Shown: positions 49,915-59,879 of the stretch, piece after piece | How the letters are laid out: every line of letters begins with the position of its first letter | Numbering within the stretch: position 1 is the first letter of the stretch | Source of the DNA: Candidatus Poseidoniaceae archaeon | GTDB lineage: Archaea > Thermoplasmatota > Poseidoniia > Poseidoniales > Poseidoniaceae | Length of the DNA stretch: 64,000 nucleotides | Assembly: GCA_949373095.1 (NCBI GenBank) | Contig: CASIBY010000001.1 | Span: 1,467 to 65,466, forward strand | Direction of reading: 5' to 3' | The notes under the pieces: generated by a model | The model's database searches: none | Seen by the model: the letters and a program-made list of their open reading frames with translations, nothing else | What the model was told of the DNA's origin: nothing | Position numbers and translations under genes: made by a program

Positions 49915-51180
49915 ATGCACATCGCCATGGTCTCAGGCGAATATCCTCCTCGTTGGGGGGGTATTGGCTCGGTTGTATTCCACCTGGCTGGTCATCTCGC
50001 TCAGCGAGGTCATGACGTCACCGTTATCACTAGGACCCACCAAAAGCGTACACCTAAGCAACCTGGAGTCAGCGTCCTTCATGTGCCTTGGCTCAAAGCA
50101 CCCATGGCCTTTACCCGCTCATATGGAAAACATGCGCTTACTTCGCTACGCAGGCTTCATTTGGAAAAGCCGGTAGATGTTGTCCATACACTTCTTCCGC
50201 TGGTGAGTTGGAACGAGCGAGAGTATGAATGGGTTGAAGAGAACATTGGCCCCGTCGTTTCAGCCCTTAATGGGAGTTGGATTGGTGAACGTGAGGGAAT
50301 GAAACTTGCTGCACGCCATAACGAATCAGCAACTTGGAAGAATCCTAATGATTTGGCCATTCTTCTTACTGCAAAGCATTACGCGAAGTACGAACAAGCC
50401 GGGATTACAGGTTCGACCATTAGCGTAGCAATTTCCGAATCAACCAAAAATGAATTTGAGCAATGGTACCAACCTCCAGAGGATTGGGATTGCGAAACAG
50501 TCCTCTATGGCGTTGACCACAAAGTGTTCCGGCCAGTGAATCATGATGATGAAGAAGACCAACTGGCCTATGAGGCCATCCGGACCAAGTATGGCGCTGA
50601 TGATGAAGCGGCCCTTATTGGCAGGGCAGATACAGAAACTCCTCTTTTGCTTGCCGTTGGAAGATTAGTCGCTCGTAAGGGCCATCGAACCCTGTTGCGA
50701 GCCATGCCTGAAATTCTCAAAGTCCATCCTGGGGCAAAATTGGTTGTCATCGGAAGAGGCCACATGCGTAAGACGCTGATGCGGCAAGCTAAACGCTTGG
50801 GTATCGGTCATGCAGTTTCAATTCAGCCTGGAATGAGTTTTGATCGCCTTGCGTTGCATTTCCGTTCAGCAGATTTGGTCATCTATCCCTCTTATTATGA
50901 AGGTCAAGGCCTCATCCCTCTCGAGGCGCTCGCAAGTGGAACACCAGTCGTGACAGTCAACCAACCTCCACTGACGGAGATGATTGACTCTACGGTTGGT
51001 GGGCTTTTCGCTTGCGGCGACCCCGCTGATCTGGCTCAAAGTGTGATTGAATCTCTTAACGTTCCCGAAGCACGACAGAATCAAGCAGAGTTGGGCCGAG
51101 AGCGAGTGTTGAGTATGTATACTTACGAGCACAATGCAGAGGCCTATGAGGCCATTTACCAACGAGCAATCAATCTTTAA
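49915..51180 (+). CDS. Glycosyltransferase family 4
   Basis: EYPPRWGGI, VGRLVARKG and PSYYEGQGLIPLEALASGTPV motifs. Confidence 0.92.
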   Translation: MHIAMVSGEYPPRWGGIGSVVFHLAGHLAQRGHDVTVITRTHQKRTPKQPGVSVLHVPWLKAPMAFTRSYGKHALTSLRRLHLEKPVDVVHTLLPLVSWNEREYEWVEENIGPVVSALNGSWIGEREGMKLAARHNESATWKNPNDLAILLTAKHYAKYEQAGITGSTISVAISESTKNEFEQWYQPPEDWDCETVLYGVDHKVFRPVNHDDEEDQLAYEAIRTKYGADDEAALIGRADTETPLLLAVGRLVARKGHRTLLRAMPEILKVHPGAKLVVIGRGHMRKTLMRQAKRLGIGHAVSIQPGMSFDRLALHFRSADLVIYPSYYEGQGLIPLEALASGTPVVTVNQPPLTEMIDSTVGGLFACGDPADLAQSVIESLNVPEARQNQAELGRERVLSMYTYEHNAEAYEAIYQRAINL

Positions 51181-51214
51181 CACTTCACATCCGCCCTCTT
51201 TTGTCTTGACTTTT

Positions 51215-51231
51215 ATGCGGAAGGTCATTAT
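51215..51231 (+). promoter_or_regulatory. Conserved 17-bp promoter element, copy 1
   Basis: ATGCGGAAGGTCATTAT begins 40 nt before ATG 51255 and is identical to 52740-52756. Confidence 0.75.
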
Positions 51232-51254
51232 TGGACGAGAGATTGGCGATAGAC

Positions 51255-52730
51255 ATGCAGGTTAAGGCATTCCTTCTCGCACTCCTTGTAGCGACGGTTT
51301 CGTTGTCCGGTTGTTTCGGAGAAGAAATTGAAGAAGCAGTTGTCGTGGAAATCGAGGAAGAGGACAAACGAACCTTTGTTACCGACAAAAACGGACAGCC
51401 TGTGTCAGACGCACTTTTGGACCTGGAGTTCATGTTCAGTGATGTTGGTGAAACCGGAAAGGAGCCCAGCATCGGTATCACTTCAAGCGGTTGCATCTTT
51501 TTCATTGCTATGGAGAAAGTGATGAGGTCCTGCGATGGAGGTGGTGCGTGGGAAGAAACTCAAGATCCGATTCAATGCTCTCCAACAACCAGCGACCCAT
51601 ACGGTTGGGTTGACCCGATTACAGATCGAGTTTTCAATGTCCAAATGATCGGTTTGGAAACATCATGGATCTGCTGGAGCGATGACGATGGGGAGTCTTG
51701 GCTCGGCAATCCACATGACTCTGGGACTACTCCAATCAATGACCACATCAAACTAGCAAGCGGGCCTTGGACAAGTTCCGGCTATGGGGCATTGGGACAA
51801 TTTACCTCGAACTTTTATGAAACAGCCGTGTATTATTGTTACAATAAACTTGCAGGAATCTTCTGTTTCACAAGTTTTGACGGCGGTGCTACATTTGAGA
51901 CGGGCGGTCAGATTATTGGTCTGGCCACAGCGAACGGCGGTTTACACGGGGCGATTTCAACGGCCCCAGACGGGACCGTATACGTGACCCCAAGAGTCGA
52001 AACCCCAACGGTTATCGTTTCGCATGATAATGGATATTCTTGGTTTGAGCAATCAATGGGCCAAGATGTTGGAACCCCAAACCCCAGGAAAAATTCTGAA
52101 GTTTCAACCGATACCGATTCCAATGCCTACCATATTTGGACGGGCGGAGACGAAGGGATCTACATGTCAAGGTCAACTGATTCGGGAGAAAGTTGGGAAC
52201 AAGAGAGTATTCGTATCTCTCCAAACCAGGTGATTTCCACGGTGTTCCCCCAAACCGATGCTGGCGACCCAGGACGAATCGCTGTAACCTACCTGGGTAG
52301 TGAGAATTCCGAGATGTTGAATCAATCCAATCTTGATGGAAGCCCCTGGGACGGGAATGCACACTATGCTCCAAACAATGCTACCTACCACCTTTACATC
52401 ACATACAGCTTGAATGCGTTGGATGATGAACCGATTTTCCACACCTACCGGGTAACCGATGACCCCGTTCAAATCGGTTCAATTTGTTTGAATTCAGGGG
52501 ATTGCAGGGATATTGGGGGTTCAAATCGGAATCTGCTGGATTTCAATGATTTACACATTGACCGCGAAGGAAGGGTGTATGTCGCATTTGCAGATGGATG
52601 TACGGGCGATTGCGCTACCGGCGGAAATTCCACTGCGGAGGACTCTCGGGACGGGCGCGGTTCGGTATATTACCTCGCTAAAGGCCCCAGTCTTCTCTTG
52701 GAAAATGGTGAACTTTCACCACTGGTTTGA
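51255..52730 (+). CDS. BNR/Asp-box (sialidase-like beta-propeller) lipoprotein
   Basis: Lipobox LSGC and multiple SxDxGxxW boxes. Confidence 0.85.
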   Translation: MQVKAFLLALLVATVSLSGCFGEEIEEAVVVEIEEEDKRTFVTDKNGQPVSDALLDLEFMFSDVGETGKEPSIGITSSGCIFFIAMEKVMRSCDGGGAWEETQDPIQCSPTTSDPYGWVDPITDRVFNVQMIGLETSWICWSDDDGESWLGNPHDSGTTPINDHIKLASGPWTSSGYGALGQFTSNFYETAVYYCYNKLAGIFCFTSFDGGATFETGGQIIGLATANGGLHGAISTAPDGTVYVTPRVETPTVIVSHDNGYSWFEQSMGQDVGTPNPRKNSEVSTDTDSNAYHIWTGGDEGIYMSRSTDSGESWEQESIRISPNQVISTVFPQTDAGDPGRIAVTYLGSENSEMLNQSNLDGSPWDGNAHYAPNNATYHLYITYSLNALDDEPIFHTYRVTDDPVQIGSICLNSGDCRDIGGSNRNLLDFNDLHIDREGRVYVAFADGCTGDCATGGNSTAEDSRDGRGSVYYLAKGPSLLLENGELSPLV

Positions 52731-52739
52731 TATCAGTCC

Positions 52740-52756
52740 ATGCGGAAGGTCATTAT
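52740..52756 (+). promoter_or_regulatory. Conserved 17-bp promoter element, copy 2
   Basis: ATGCGGAAGGTCATTAT begins 40 nt before ATG 52780. Confidence 0.75.
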
Positions 52757-52779
52757 CCCAATGACGATTCGGCTTTACT

Positions 52780-54225
52780 ATGCAAGCAAGAGCATTGTTT
52801 CTCTCTCTCATGGTGGTAACCCTCTCCTTGTCGGGTTGCTTTGGCGAGGAGGAGGAGAATAAATCCATTGAGGAACCAACTCCTTTTGATTCGCTTCCAA
52901 GTATGACTACCTGGTATCATTACCCTGGCGGTGTTAACGCAACGAATGCTTCTATTGGCTTTGATAACCTAACCGGTAATTCAACGCCATACCCCGCTTT
53001 AGGGACCTACTACGGTATTGGTGATACTACCTTTGAACCCACCATTGGTGTTACTTCGACCGGTGGAATCCACTATTCATCCTTTGGAGGGGCAGGCTCT
53101 GGAACCATGGTTTACACTTCAATGGATCAGGGTCAGACATGGAACAATATGGGCCCTTTCAATCCGATATTACCAATTGAGGTCGGGCAAGTCCCATCAT
53201 CCAACGATCCATACATTTACGTTGACAAGTGGACAGACCGAATCGTCAAATTTGACATGCATGCGCTCACTGCCATGTTCGTAGAATATTCTGATGATGA
53301 CGGTAACACATGGTCCATACCATTCTCTGCGGAAGGCTACTACAGCCCACAAGACCACCAATCGATTGCTTCAATGCCTGATGTTGATGGAATTGGATTT
53401 TACGACACCATCTATGTATTTTGTATCAACACTGGAAGTTCAGCAGCTGGCCCCCAATGCTCACGATCACTTGATGGGGCCCACACATGGGACATCCAGC
53501 GCCCAGGATATCCAACAGATACTGCTCAGTGTTCAGGATTGCACGGGCACCTTGCAGGTTCCAACGATGGTGCAATTTACCGAGGCAACCCATCTTGTGA
53601 TGGTCCTGCTGTATATCGGAGCATTGACGGAGGCTATTCATGGACTGAACACACCATTACTACAGATGTCCCCATGCAGGACGGATGGCACAGTCACGAA
53701 GTCGCTGTTGCAACCGATGAAGCAGGAAATCTTTTTGCATCCTGGATTAGCGTAGACCAGATGCCTTGGATGGCATATTCAAGGGACCAAGGAGATACTT
53801 GGTCTGAACCAATGATGGTTGCACCCCCAGAAGTAACCGAAACGGGCTTCCCGACGATTTTTGCCGGAGATGAAGGGCGCGTTGTTGTAGGATACATCGG
53901 GGAAAGCGTGGATAACGGCGGCTGGTCCGGCTACATGTCGGTCATGACCGATGCGTTCGCAGACAATCCTCTCATCACATCAGTAGCAGTGAATGCTCCT
54001 GACGACCCTCTGGACTCCACCGATGATTGTGGTAACGTCCGTTGTGGCGGGTTTGGAGATTTCATAGATGTTGAATTGGACGATGAAGGCCGTCCATGGA
54101 TTGCTCTTTCACACAATGTCAATGGTGACCTTGGAATCGTAGGGACCTATGTGTACGGCCCTTCTTTGTACGGTGACTTGGTACTTCTTCCAGAGATTAC
54201 TGCCGGTGGGCCCTCAACGTTGTGA
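52780..54225 (+). CDS. BNR/Asp-box (sialidase-like) lipoprotein, paralog of the upstream gene
   Basis: LSGCFGEE lipobox, EPTIGVTS and SxDxGxTW boxes. Confidence 0.85.
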   Translation: MQARALFLSLMVVTLSLSGCFGEEEENKSIEEPTPFDSLPSMTTWYHYPGGVNATNASIGFDNLTGNSTPYPALGTYYGIGDTTFEPTIGVTSTGGIHYSSFGGAGSGTMVYTSMDQGQTWNNMGPFNPILPIEVGQVPSSNDPYIYVDKWTDRIVKFDMHALTAMFVEYSDDDGNTWSIPFSAEGYYSPQDHQSIASMPDVDGIGFYDTIYVFCINTGSSAAGPQCSRSLDGAHTWDIQRPGYPTDTAQCSGLHGHLAGSNDGAIYRGNPSCDGPAVYRSIDGGYSWTEHTITTDVPMQDGWHSHEVAVATDEAGNLFASWISVDQMPWMAYSRDQGDTWSEPMMVAPPEVTETGFPTIFAGDEGRVVVGYIGESVDNGGWSGYMSVMTDAFADNPLITSVAVNAPDDPLDSTDDCGNVRCGGFGDFIDVELDDEGRPWIALSHNVNGDLGIVGTYVYGPSLYGDLVLLPEITAGGPSTL

Positions 54226-54229
54226 GTCA

Positions 54230-54469
54230 ATGGCACTGCTGAATCTTTGGTCACTATCCCACTTTGCGATTTGGTCTATCGCAGGTCGTTGGACGAACTT
54301 GAATTGGACCATGTTCTTCGTACTCTCAATTTCTTGGGAATGCTTTGAGTGGGCCATTGACGGTCAATCATGGGCTTCCTTCGCTGTTGAGCCCCTAGAG
54401 AATAAACTCTCAGACCTGGTTGTGAATACAGTCGGGTTTTGGGTGGGTAAGCGTTTGAAAATCGATTGA
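54230..54469 (+). CDS. Small membrane protein with H...WE..E...D motif
   Basis: WSLSHF...ISWECFE...SDLVVN motif in a 79-aa hydrophobic ORF. Confidence 0.65.
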   Translation: MALLNLWSLSHFAIWSIAGRWTNLNWTMFFVLSISWECFEWAIDGQSWASFAVEPLENKLSDLVVNTVGFWVGKRLKID

Positions 54470-54520
54470 GGGCACTGGTGAGGCTATCTTCTGGATTGCT
54501 CCAGTGTTGGAAGGCTTCGC

Positions 54521-55516
54521 TCAAGAGGTAAACAATCGGGCTTTGACCTTTCGAAGGTTGAGTCTAGCACCAAGGAGAATTTTACGCCAGAGTGAGAGTC
54601 GGACAGGTTGGCTGAAGACATCACCGGAGCGTCGGACAATCTCGTTGAGAATGGATTGGTAAGCGTCGGACATGATTTGAGGCTGGACGCGGGCACGTGC
54701 GCCCAGGTATCCAAACAGATGGTTGGCGGATTCACGATGGCGTTTAATCATCTCAACATATTCAATGATGAATCCTTTCCATGAGGGCGATTTGGCGACA
54801 TTAGGTCGCTGCAAGTCATCAATTGAGATGCCATGAGATGCAAGAATTTCCAGAGGGAGATAGATTCGCCCACGCTCAATATCCTCATTGATATCTCGTA
54901 ATACATTGATCAACTGCATTTGAATTCCAAGGTCTACTGCGTGGAGTTGGGCTGCTCTGTCTTCATAGCCATATATTTCAATCAAAATGAGGCCAACGGC
55001 AGAGGCAACCTTGTAACAGTAGGAGCGGAGTTCATCCCAAGTTTTGTTTTGAACGGGGTAAAGGTCGTCTTCCATTCCTTCAAGGACGGTTTCAAAGTCA
55101 TGAATCTTGATTGGAAATCTTCCGAATACATCTTGCAAGGCAATGAAAATTGGATGGTCACTTGACGTGATTTTGTTTTCTTTGGCTTTGTTGATTTTTA
55201 TTCGTATGTCGACGAGGGCCATTAGGCGTCGGCGATGTTCATCATCGGGGAGAGTCGGCACTTTTCCATCATGGATTTCGCTAATGATGCGTTGACGTGC
55301 CTCAGTCGCTTCTCGCAGGGAGTTTGTTTCCAGAATTGAAGGTTCTTCATCTCCGTCAACGATGTCATCAACCCACCGGCAGAGTGCGTAGACTGCATGT
55401 ACTGCTCTTCTCTTGTCGTACTGGAGAGCCGAAAATGACGAGAAGAAGGTGGTGGACGCTTCGCGGCATGCGGCTTCGCAATAGCCGTACGCATTGTCAA
55501 CCAGCAACTGCTTCAT
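54521..55516 (-). CDS. crtB: Phytoene/squalene synthase family (phytoene synthase)
   Basis: YALCRWVDDIVD, YCYKVASAVG and QLINVLRDINED..RGRIYLP motifs. Downstream of crtI. Confidence 0.92.
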   Translation of the reverse strand: MKQLLVDNAYGYCEAACREASTTFFSSFSALQYDKRRAVHAVYALCRWVDDIVDGDEEPSILETNSLREATEARQRIISEIHDGKVPTLPDDEHRRRLMALVDIRIKINKAKENKITSSDHPIFIALQDVFGRFPIKIHDFETVLEGMEDDLYPVQNKTWDELRSYCYKVASAVGLILIEIYGYEDRAAQLHAVDLGIQMQLINVLRDINEDIERGRIYLPLEILASHGISIDDLQRPNVAKSPSWKGFIIEYVEMIKRHRESANHLFGYLGARARVQPQIMSDAYQSILNEIVRRSGDVFSQPVRLSLWRKILLGARLNLRKVKARLFTS

Positions 55517-55525
55517 GATGATCCC

Positions 55526-57139
55526 TCAAGCGCTTGTTGGTGTTCCAGGAACGTTTTCCTTTCGCTTTTGTTTGAGAGCATTTCGCCCTTGCTTTGAGCG
55601 CTTTCGGCTCTCAAACCACGTGTCAACGCCGTTCCAGTCCGGGATAATTCCAAGACTGTCGAGAAGCAATTTACTGCTGATTCGGGCTGACTCGTAGATG
55701 ACTGGTAGTCCGCTTCCGGGGTGTGTTCCTCCACCGACGAGGTACAAATTAGCGATTTCGTCAAACTTGTTCTTTGGTCGGCGCCATAGCATTTGGTCAA
55801 GTCCGTGAGCCAAGTTGAAAACAGCTCCACGGTAACAGTGGTCGCCCCAATCTTCAGGGGTAATGACAAGTTCGGTTTGGATATGTTCACGAATGTTTTC
55901 AAAACCGAGTTTAGCTTCTATTTGGTCAATGATTCGGTCACGATATGCGTCCTTTTCATCTTCCCAGTTGATGTTTTCGTGAATATGAGATACCGGGACA
56001 AGAGCGTAAATGGTTGAACATCCCTCCGGAGCAAGACCAGGGTCGGTTACACACGCATTTTGAACATAGACTGATGGGTCATCCCATGTGATCCTGTGAT
56101 GGTTTTCGATATCATCAAGATTTGATTCGTAGTTTTCCGAGGCGTAAATTTGGTGATGTGGAAGGTCGTCAAACGTCTTGTTGACTCCAATATAGAGCAT
56201 GAAGGTTGAGCAAGAGTACTTTTTCTTGTCCAATTTTTTGTTGTTCCACTTCTTTCTTGACTTGTCTGGGAACAACTGGGTCATTCCGTTGGCGAAGTCG
56301 GCGTTCATGATGACTCGGTCAGCAAGGAAGTCACCTTCTTTTGTGGTAACGCCTTTGATGGCTTTTCCATCCATGATCACTTTCTCAACTTCTTCTTCCA
56401 TGCGGAAGGTTACGCCAAGGTCACGTGCGATGCCAGCCATGCGTTCGCTGACGCTACCGAGTCCGCCCATTGGGTGAAAGATACCGTATTCGTACTCGAG
56501 GTAGGCAAGCATGGTGAAGAGGCTAGGGCAGTTGAAAGGAGACATTCCAAGGTATTTGGTTTGGAACGACATAGCGAGCATGAGTCGGTCGTCGTCAAAG
56601 AGTTTCATCAAATCGCCAGCTACACTTCGCTGTGGGCGAAGTACACTTGCGACGCGAAACGCTCTCTTTGAAAGAAGGTCTGTTGGACCGTACCATGGCT
56701 CTTGGAGACATGCTTTTGACTTGTTGAGTTTGTTGCTATTGTCCTCAACGTACCGCTTGAATGCTTCCGCATTACTGTCTCCAGAGAGAGTTCGTATTCG
56801 TTCTGTCATTTCAGTAAGGTCACTTGTGCAATCCAATTGACCGCCTTGTCCAAAGATGAGACGGTAGTTCATGTCGAGTTTGTTCAATTTGAGTTCCTCG
56901 TGCGCATCCATTCCGATGGCCTTGAAAATGTCTTCAATGACCTCAGGATAGTGGAAAAATGTCGGGCCGAGGTCGAATTTGTATCCGTCTCGCTCAAACA
57001 CCTTATTCCGGCCACCAACAGTCTTTGAACGCTCAAAAACGGTAACATCTACGCCGGATTTAGCAAGCAATAGGGATGATGCAAGACCTCCAGGTCCTGC
57101 TCCGATGATAGCCACCTTCGGTCGTGCGCTTGTGCTCAT
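55526..57139 (-). CDS. crtI: Phytoene desaturase family (CrtI)
   Basis: IIGAGPGGL, GGRN...GYKFDLGPT and NLYLVGGGTHPGSGLP motifs. Confidence 0.92.
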   Translation of the reverse strand: MSTSARPKVAIIGAGPGGLASSLLLAKSGVDVTVFERSKTVGGRNKVFERDGYKFDLGPTFFHYPEVIEDIFKAIGMDAHEELKLNKLDMNYRLIFGQGGQLDCTSDLTEMTERIRTLSGDSNAEAFKRYVEDNSNKLNKSKACLQEPWYGPTDLLSKRAFRVASVLRPQRSVAGDLMKLFDDDRLMLAMSFQTKYLGMSPFNCPSLFTMLAYLEYEYGIFHPMGGLGSVSERMAGIARDLGVTFRMEEEVEKVIMDGKAIKGVTTKEGDFLADRVIMNADFANGMTQLFPDKSRKKWNNKKLDKKKYSCSTFMLYIGVNKTFDDLPHHQIYASENYESNLDDIENHHRITWDDPSVYVQNACVTDPGLAPEGCSTIYALVPVSHIHENINWEDEKDAYRDRIIDQIEAKLGFENIREHIQTELVITPEDWGDHCYRGAVFNLAHGLDQMLWRRPKNKFDEIANLYLVGGGTHPGSGLPVIYESARISSKLLLDSLGIIPDWNGVDTWFESRKRSKQGRNALKQKRKENVPGTPTSA

Positions 57140-57230
57140 AATTTATGTGGACTCGGTTGGGCATATAAAGGCAGGTTTTTCGCCGCAAATTTTTGAGGCA
57201 AAAAAATATCATTATCTGTGGCCAAAGAGG

Positions 57231-58460
57231 TCACTTGATGATTGAATGGGGGTCGATTAAAACTGAGAATTCATCGAGATATGGGCCCATGGAGCTGATA
57301 AGGTCAACTTCAGGGTGCCCTTTGAGTACCATTCCGTCCATGTACATGAGGGAACGGATAATTGGAAATGCTTCTTCGCCGAAGGAGCAACCGGCCAGTA
57401 CCGAAGCCTTGACCGTCTTCATCATCTGTTCAGTAAGGGACACTTCACTTACCGAAGTTCCAACAAACCCATCGTAGAGTTCGTTCATGGAGTCATAGTA
57501 TGTCTGAAGGGTTTTCCCTGTGGGTTGTACATCCGCCATAGTAAGCATTGCATCGTAAGCATGGCTCAATTCGCCCTTTGCAAGGAAGTAGAAGAACCCA
57601 AACAACGCATTGCGAACATGGTCAGGAGCGTTACATATGGCCCCTGTATCAATAAAAATGAAGTTGCCTTTGTCGTCCATCATCGCATTTCCAGGGTGAA
57701 GGTCACCGTGGAATGTGCCGATTCCGAACATAAATGCTCCGTGAATACGGAACAGTGCAAGCATGTCGGGCCAACTGAGTGTTCCTTCTTCCAGATGTTG
57801 TTCAAGAGTCGGATGAATAATTTCTTCCATGACTAATACGTGACGGTTTGAGAGTTCGTCCCACATTTTCGGGAATTGAAGTTTGGGCATGGAGAAGTTT
57901 TTCTCGATTTCACTTGCCTTTGAAATCAAATCATTCCTGCCAGAAATTTCGTTTGTGAGGTCCAATTCACGAAGAGTATAGTCCTCAATGTGGGCCAATA
58001 GACCGATTGGGTTCCCGACCTTCCTTAGTTTGCGGCGGAAGAAGAGGCCGATAGTGATCCACCGCTTCATCCGTCGGACATCGCGCTTGAATGAAGCTTC
58101 AAAATCTGCTTTGATAATCTTGACAACAACCTTCGTGTCATCGTTAAGAACGCCACGATGTATTTGTCCAATGCTTGCAGCCGCAAAGGGTTCCTCATCC
58201 AGTGATTTGAAATTATCCAAGAATCCGTCGGGAGCAAAGCGCTGGATTAGATTTTGGGAATCTTCTGTTGGTATAGTCGCTCCTCTGCTGTACAATTGTT
58301 GGAGTTCAATGCATCGGTCTGGGTCAATAAGGTCTGGTCTAAGGGCAAAGATTTGCCCGAGTTTGACCGCCAGCAATCCCATGGATTGAATGGCGTCAAC
58401 ATCAATTGGTTTTTTGCCCTTTAATTGCCTAAAGAACCTGAGGAACGTCAAGAGTTTCAT
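57231..58460 (-). CDS. ABC1/UbiB atypical kinase
   Basis: VKLGQ, AAASIGQIH, VVVK, FHGDLHPGN and IDTG motifs. Confidence 0.92.
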   Translation of the reverse strand: MKLLTFLRFFRQLKGKKPIDVDAIQSMGLLAVKLGQIFALRPDLIDPDRCIELQQLYSRGATIPTEDSQNLIQRFAPDGFLDNFKSLDEEPFAAASIGQIHRGVLNDDTKVVVKIIKADFEASFKRDVRRMKRWITIGLFFRRKLRKVGNPIGLLAHIEDYTLRELDLTNEISGRNDLISKASEIEKNFSMPKLQFPKMWDELSNRHVLVMEEIIHPTLEQHLEEGTLSWPDMLALFRIHGAFMFGIGTFHGDLHPGNAMMDDKGNFIFIDTGAICNAPDHVRNALFGFFYFLAKGELSHAYDAMLTMADVQPTGKTLQTYYDSMNELYDGFVGTSVSEVSLTEQMMKTVKASVLAGCSFGEEAFPIIRSLMYMDGMVLKGHPEVDLISSMGPYLDEFSVLIDPHSIIK

Positions 58461-58477
58461 GGGCGTTCACCTTCAGT

Positions 58478-59878
58478 TTATTCAAGTAATTCAACGGATT
58501 TCAATTCATGACGATGAATGAGGTAGTGCCAGAGGTTATCGGGGGTTCCCTTTCCTTCAACACGTTGGATGACAACATTAGCGTCCTTGGTAAACCGAGT
58601 GGAGAGGGCTCCTTCGATGATTCCATCGTCCATCTCCCACATCGGGAGTGCATCTGGATCTGACACTGGCGGATGATTAAGACCGACAATGACATGGAAC
58701 TGAGGGTCGACATCGTATTCTAGCATGCCCAATCCGGCATGCTCCCACCAATCCATCATCTCGTCAAGAAATTCGATATCATTTTCTATGGAGCGTAGTG
58801 AAAAGGCGATTTCACGCCCGACACGGTTTCCAATTTGGCGTAGCATTCGGCCCAAATCAATTCCCAACACCTTGAGGTTGGAAAGTTTTCCTTCTGTGAG
58901 TCGCTTTCGTGCTTCGTTGACTTCCTGGCCAGCGGCAAAGAAGGCATCTGGGTCAAACGGAGTGTCCTCTTCAGGGAATTCTCCATCAAATCCAAGAGCA
59001 ACTGAGACGTTCTTAAGGAACGAACCTTCGCCAATAGTCAAACGTAGAGGGTCGTTAATTTGATTCTCAGTAAATCGGGCCCGAGCGGTTTCTAGAGGTA
59101 CAGCTGCCTCCCATATTGCATCAATAAGGTGAAGATGTGCTTGCGAGAACGGAGACGACTCAATGATGAGTGCTGCGTCTTCTTTTCCACGGCCAACTGG
59201 ATTGTCTTCAATGTTCAGATATTGAATAACTTCGGACTGGTCCTGCACGAAGCCGAGGGAATCCAATTCGTCAGAGTGGCGTACGTCAATACTAGAGTTA
59301 AGTTGGTCAAAGAATCGTAGTGTGCGGCCATCGAGATGCGTTATGATTTGAACAACCACGCCACGAACAGCTGCAGTGTTCACAGCTTCCAAGGCGTCGG
59401 GGTTACGGCAAAGGTGGAGAATACCAAATTGACCAAGGAGGAGAATCAATCGCTCTTCAGATTCATTTGCCATCTTTTGCAGTCTATTATAGATGTGAGT
59501 TCGTTCTTTGAGTACAGCAAACCGTGGGTCATCGATGTCCCGTCGTTGTTTCTCGTAGGATGCATCAGTCTCAGTAATTCCCTGGGATAGGTCTTCAAAG
59601 CCACCTACCAATCGGTCAAGTTGTTGCTTTCGGGATTGAATGATGTGCTCCATGGCTTCGTTAACACGCAGGCTAGAGAAGAGCATAGGGCGATCAGCGG
59701 TAGCCGTGACAATGCCCATTTCTTGCAGTCGAGAGAGGCTGTTGTATGCGTCCAGTCGTGTAGTGTTGAGTTCCTTTGCGAGTTCGGAGGCTTTCATTCT
59801 GGGGCGAGAACCGAGAATAAGTATAGAGCGGACTTCACGTTCGTTAAGTCCCGCTTCGAGGAGGAGTTCTTCCCACAT
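58478..59878 (-). CDS. TrmB family regulator with C-terminal V4R-like domain
   Basis: GLNERE...ASELAKEL..TRLDAYNSLSRLQEMGIV..TADRP (TrmB HTH), a middle effector domain and C-terminal IGNRVG...HAGLG...GIIEGAL. Confidence 0.8.
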   Translation of the reverse strand: MWEELLLEAGLNEREVRSILILGSRPRMKASELAKELNTTRLDAYNSLSRLQEMGIVTATADRPMLFSSLRVNEAMEHIIQSRKQQLDRLVGGFEDLSQGITETDASYEKQRRDIDDPRFAVLKERTHIYNRLQKMANESEERLILLLGQFGILHLCRNPDALEAVNTAAVRGVVVQIITHLDGRTLRFFDQLNSSIDVRHSDELDSLGFVQDQSEVIQYLNIEDNPVGRGKEDAALIIESSPFSQAHLHLIDAIWEAAVPLETARARFTENQINDPLRLTIGEGSFLKNVSVALGFDGEFPEEDTPFDPDAFFAAGQEVNEARKRLTEGKLSNLKVLGIDLGRMLRQIGNRVGREIAFSLRSIENDIEFLDEMMDWWEHAGLGMLEYDVDPQFHVIVGLNHPPVSDPDALPMWEMDDGIIEGALSTRFTKDANVVIQRVEGKGTPDNLWHYLIHRHELKSVELLE

Positions 59879-59879
59879 C

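Noticed and set aside
54473..54506. CACTGG...CCAGTG inverted repeat between convergent genes
   Set aside because: The stem is short with a large loop and no U-tract, too weak to call a terminator or RNA.
55513..55902. Alternative-frame and antisense ORFs in the track (this one, 26020-26730, 62289-62843 and others)
   Set aside because: They are shadows of well-supported genes and carry no motifs of their own.
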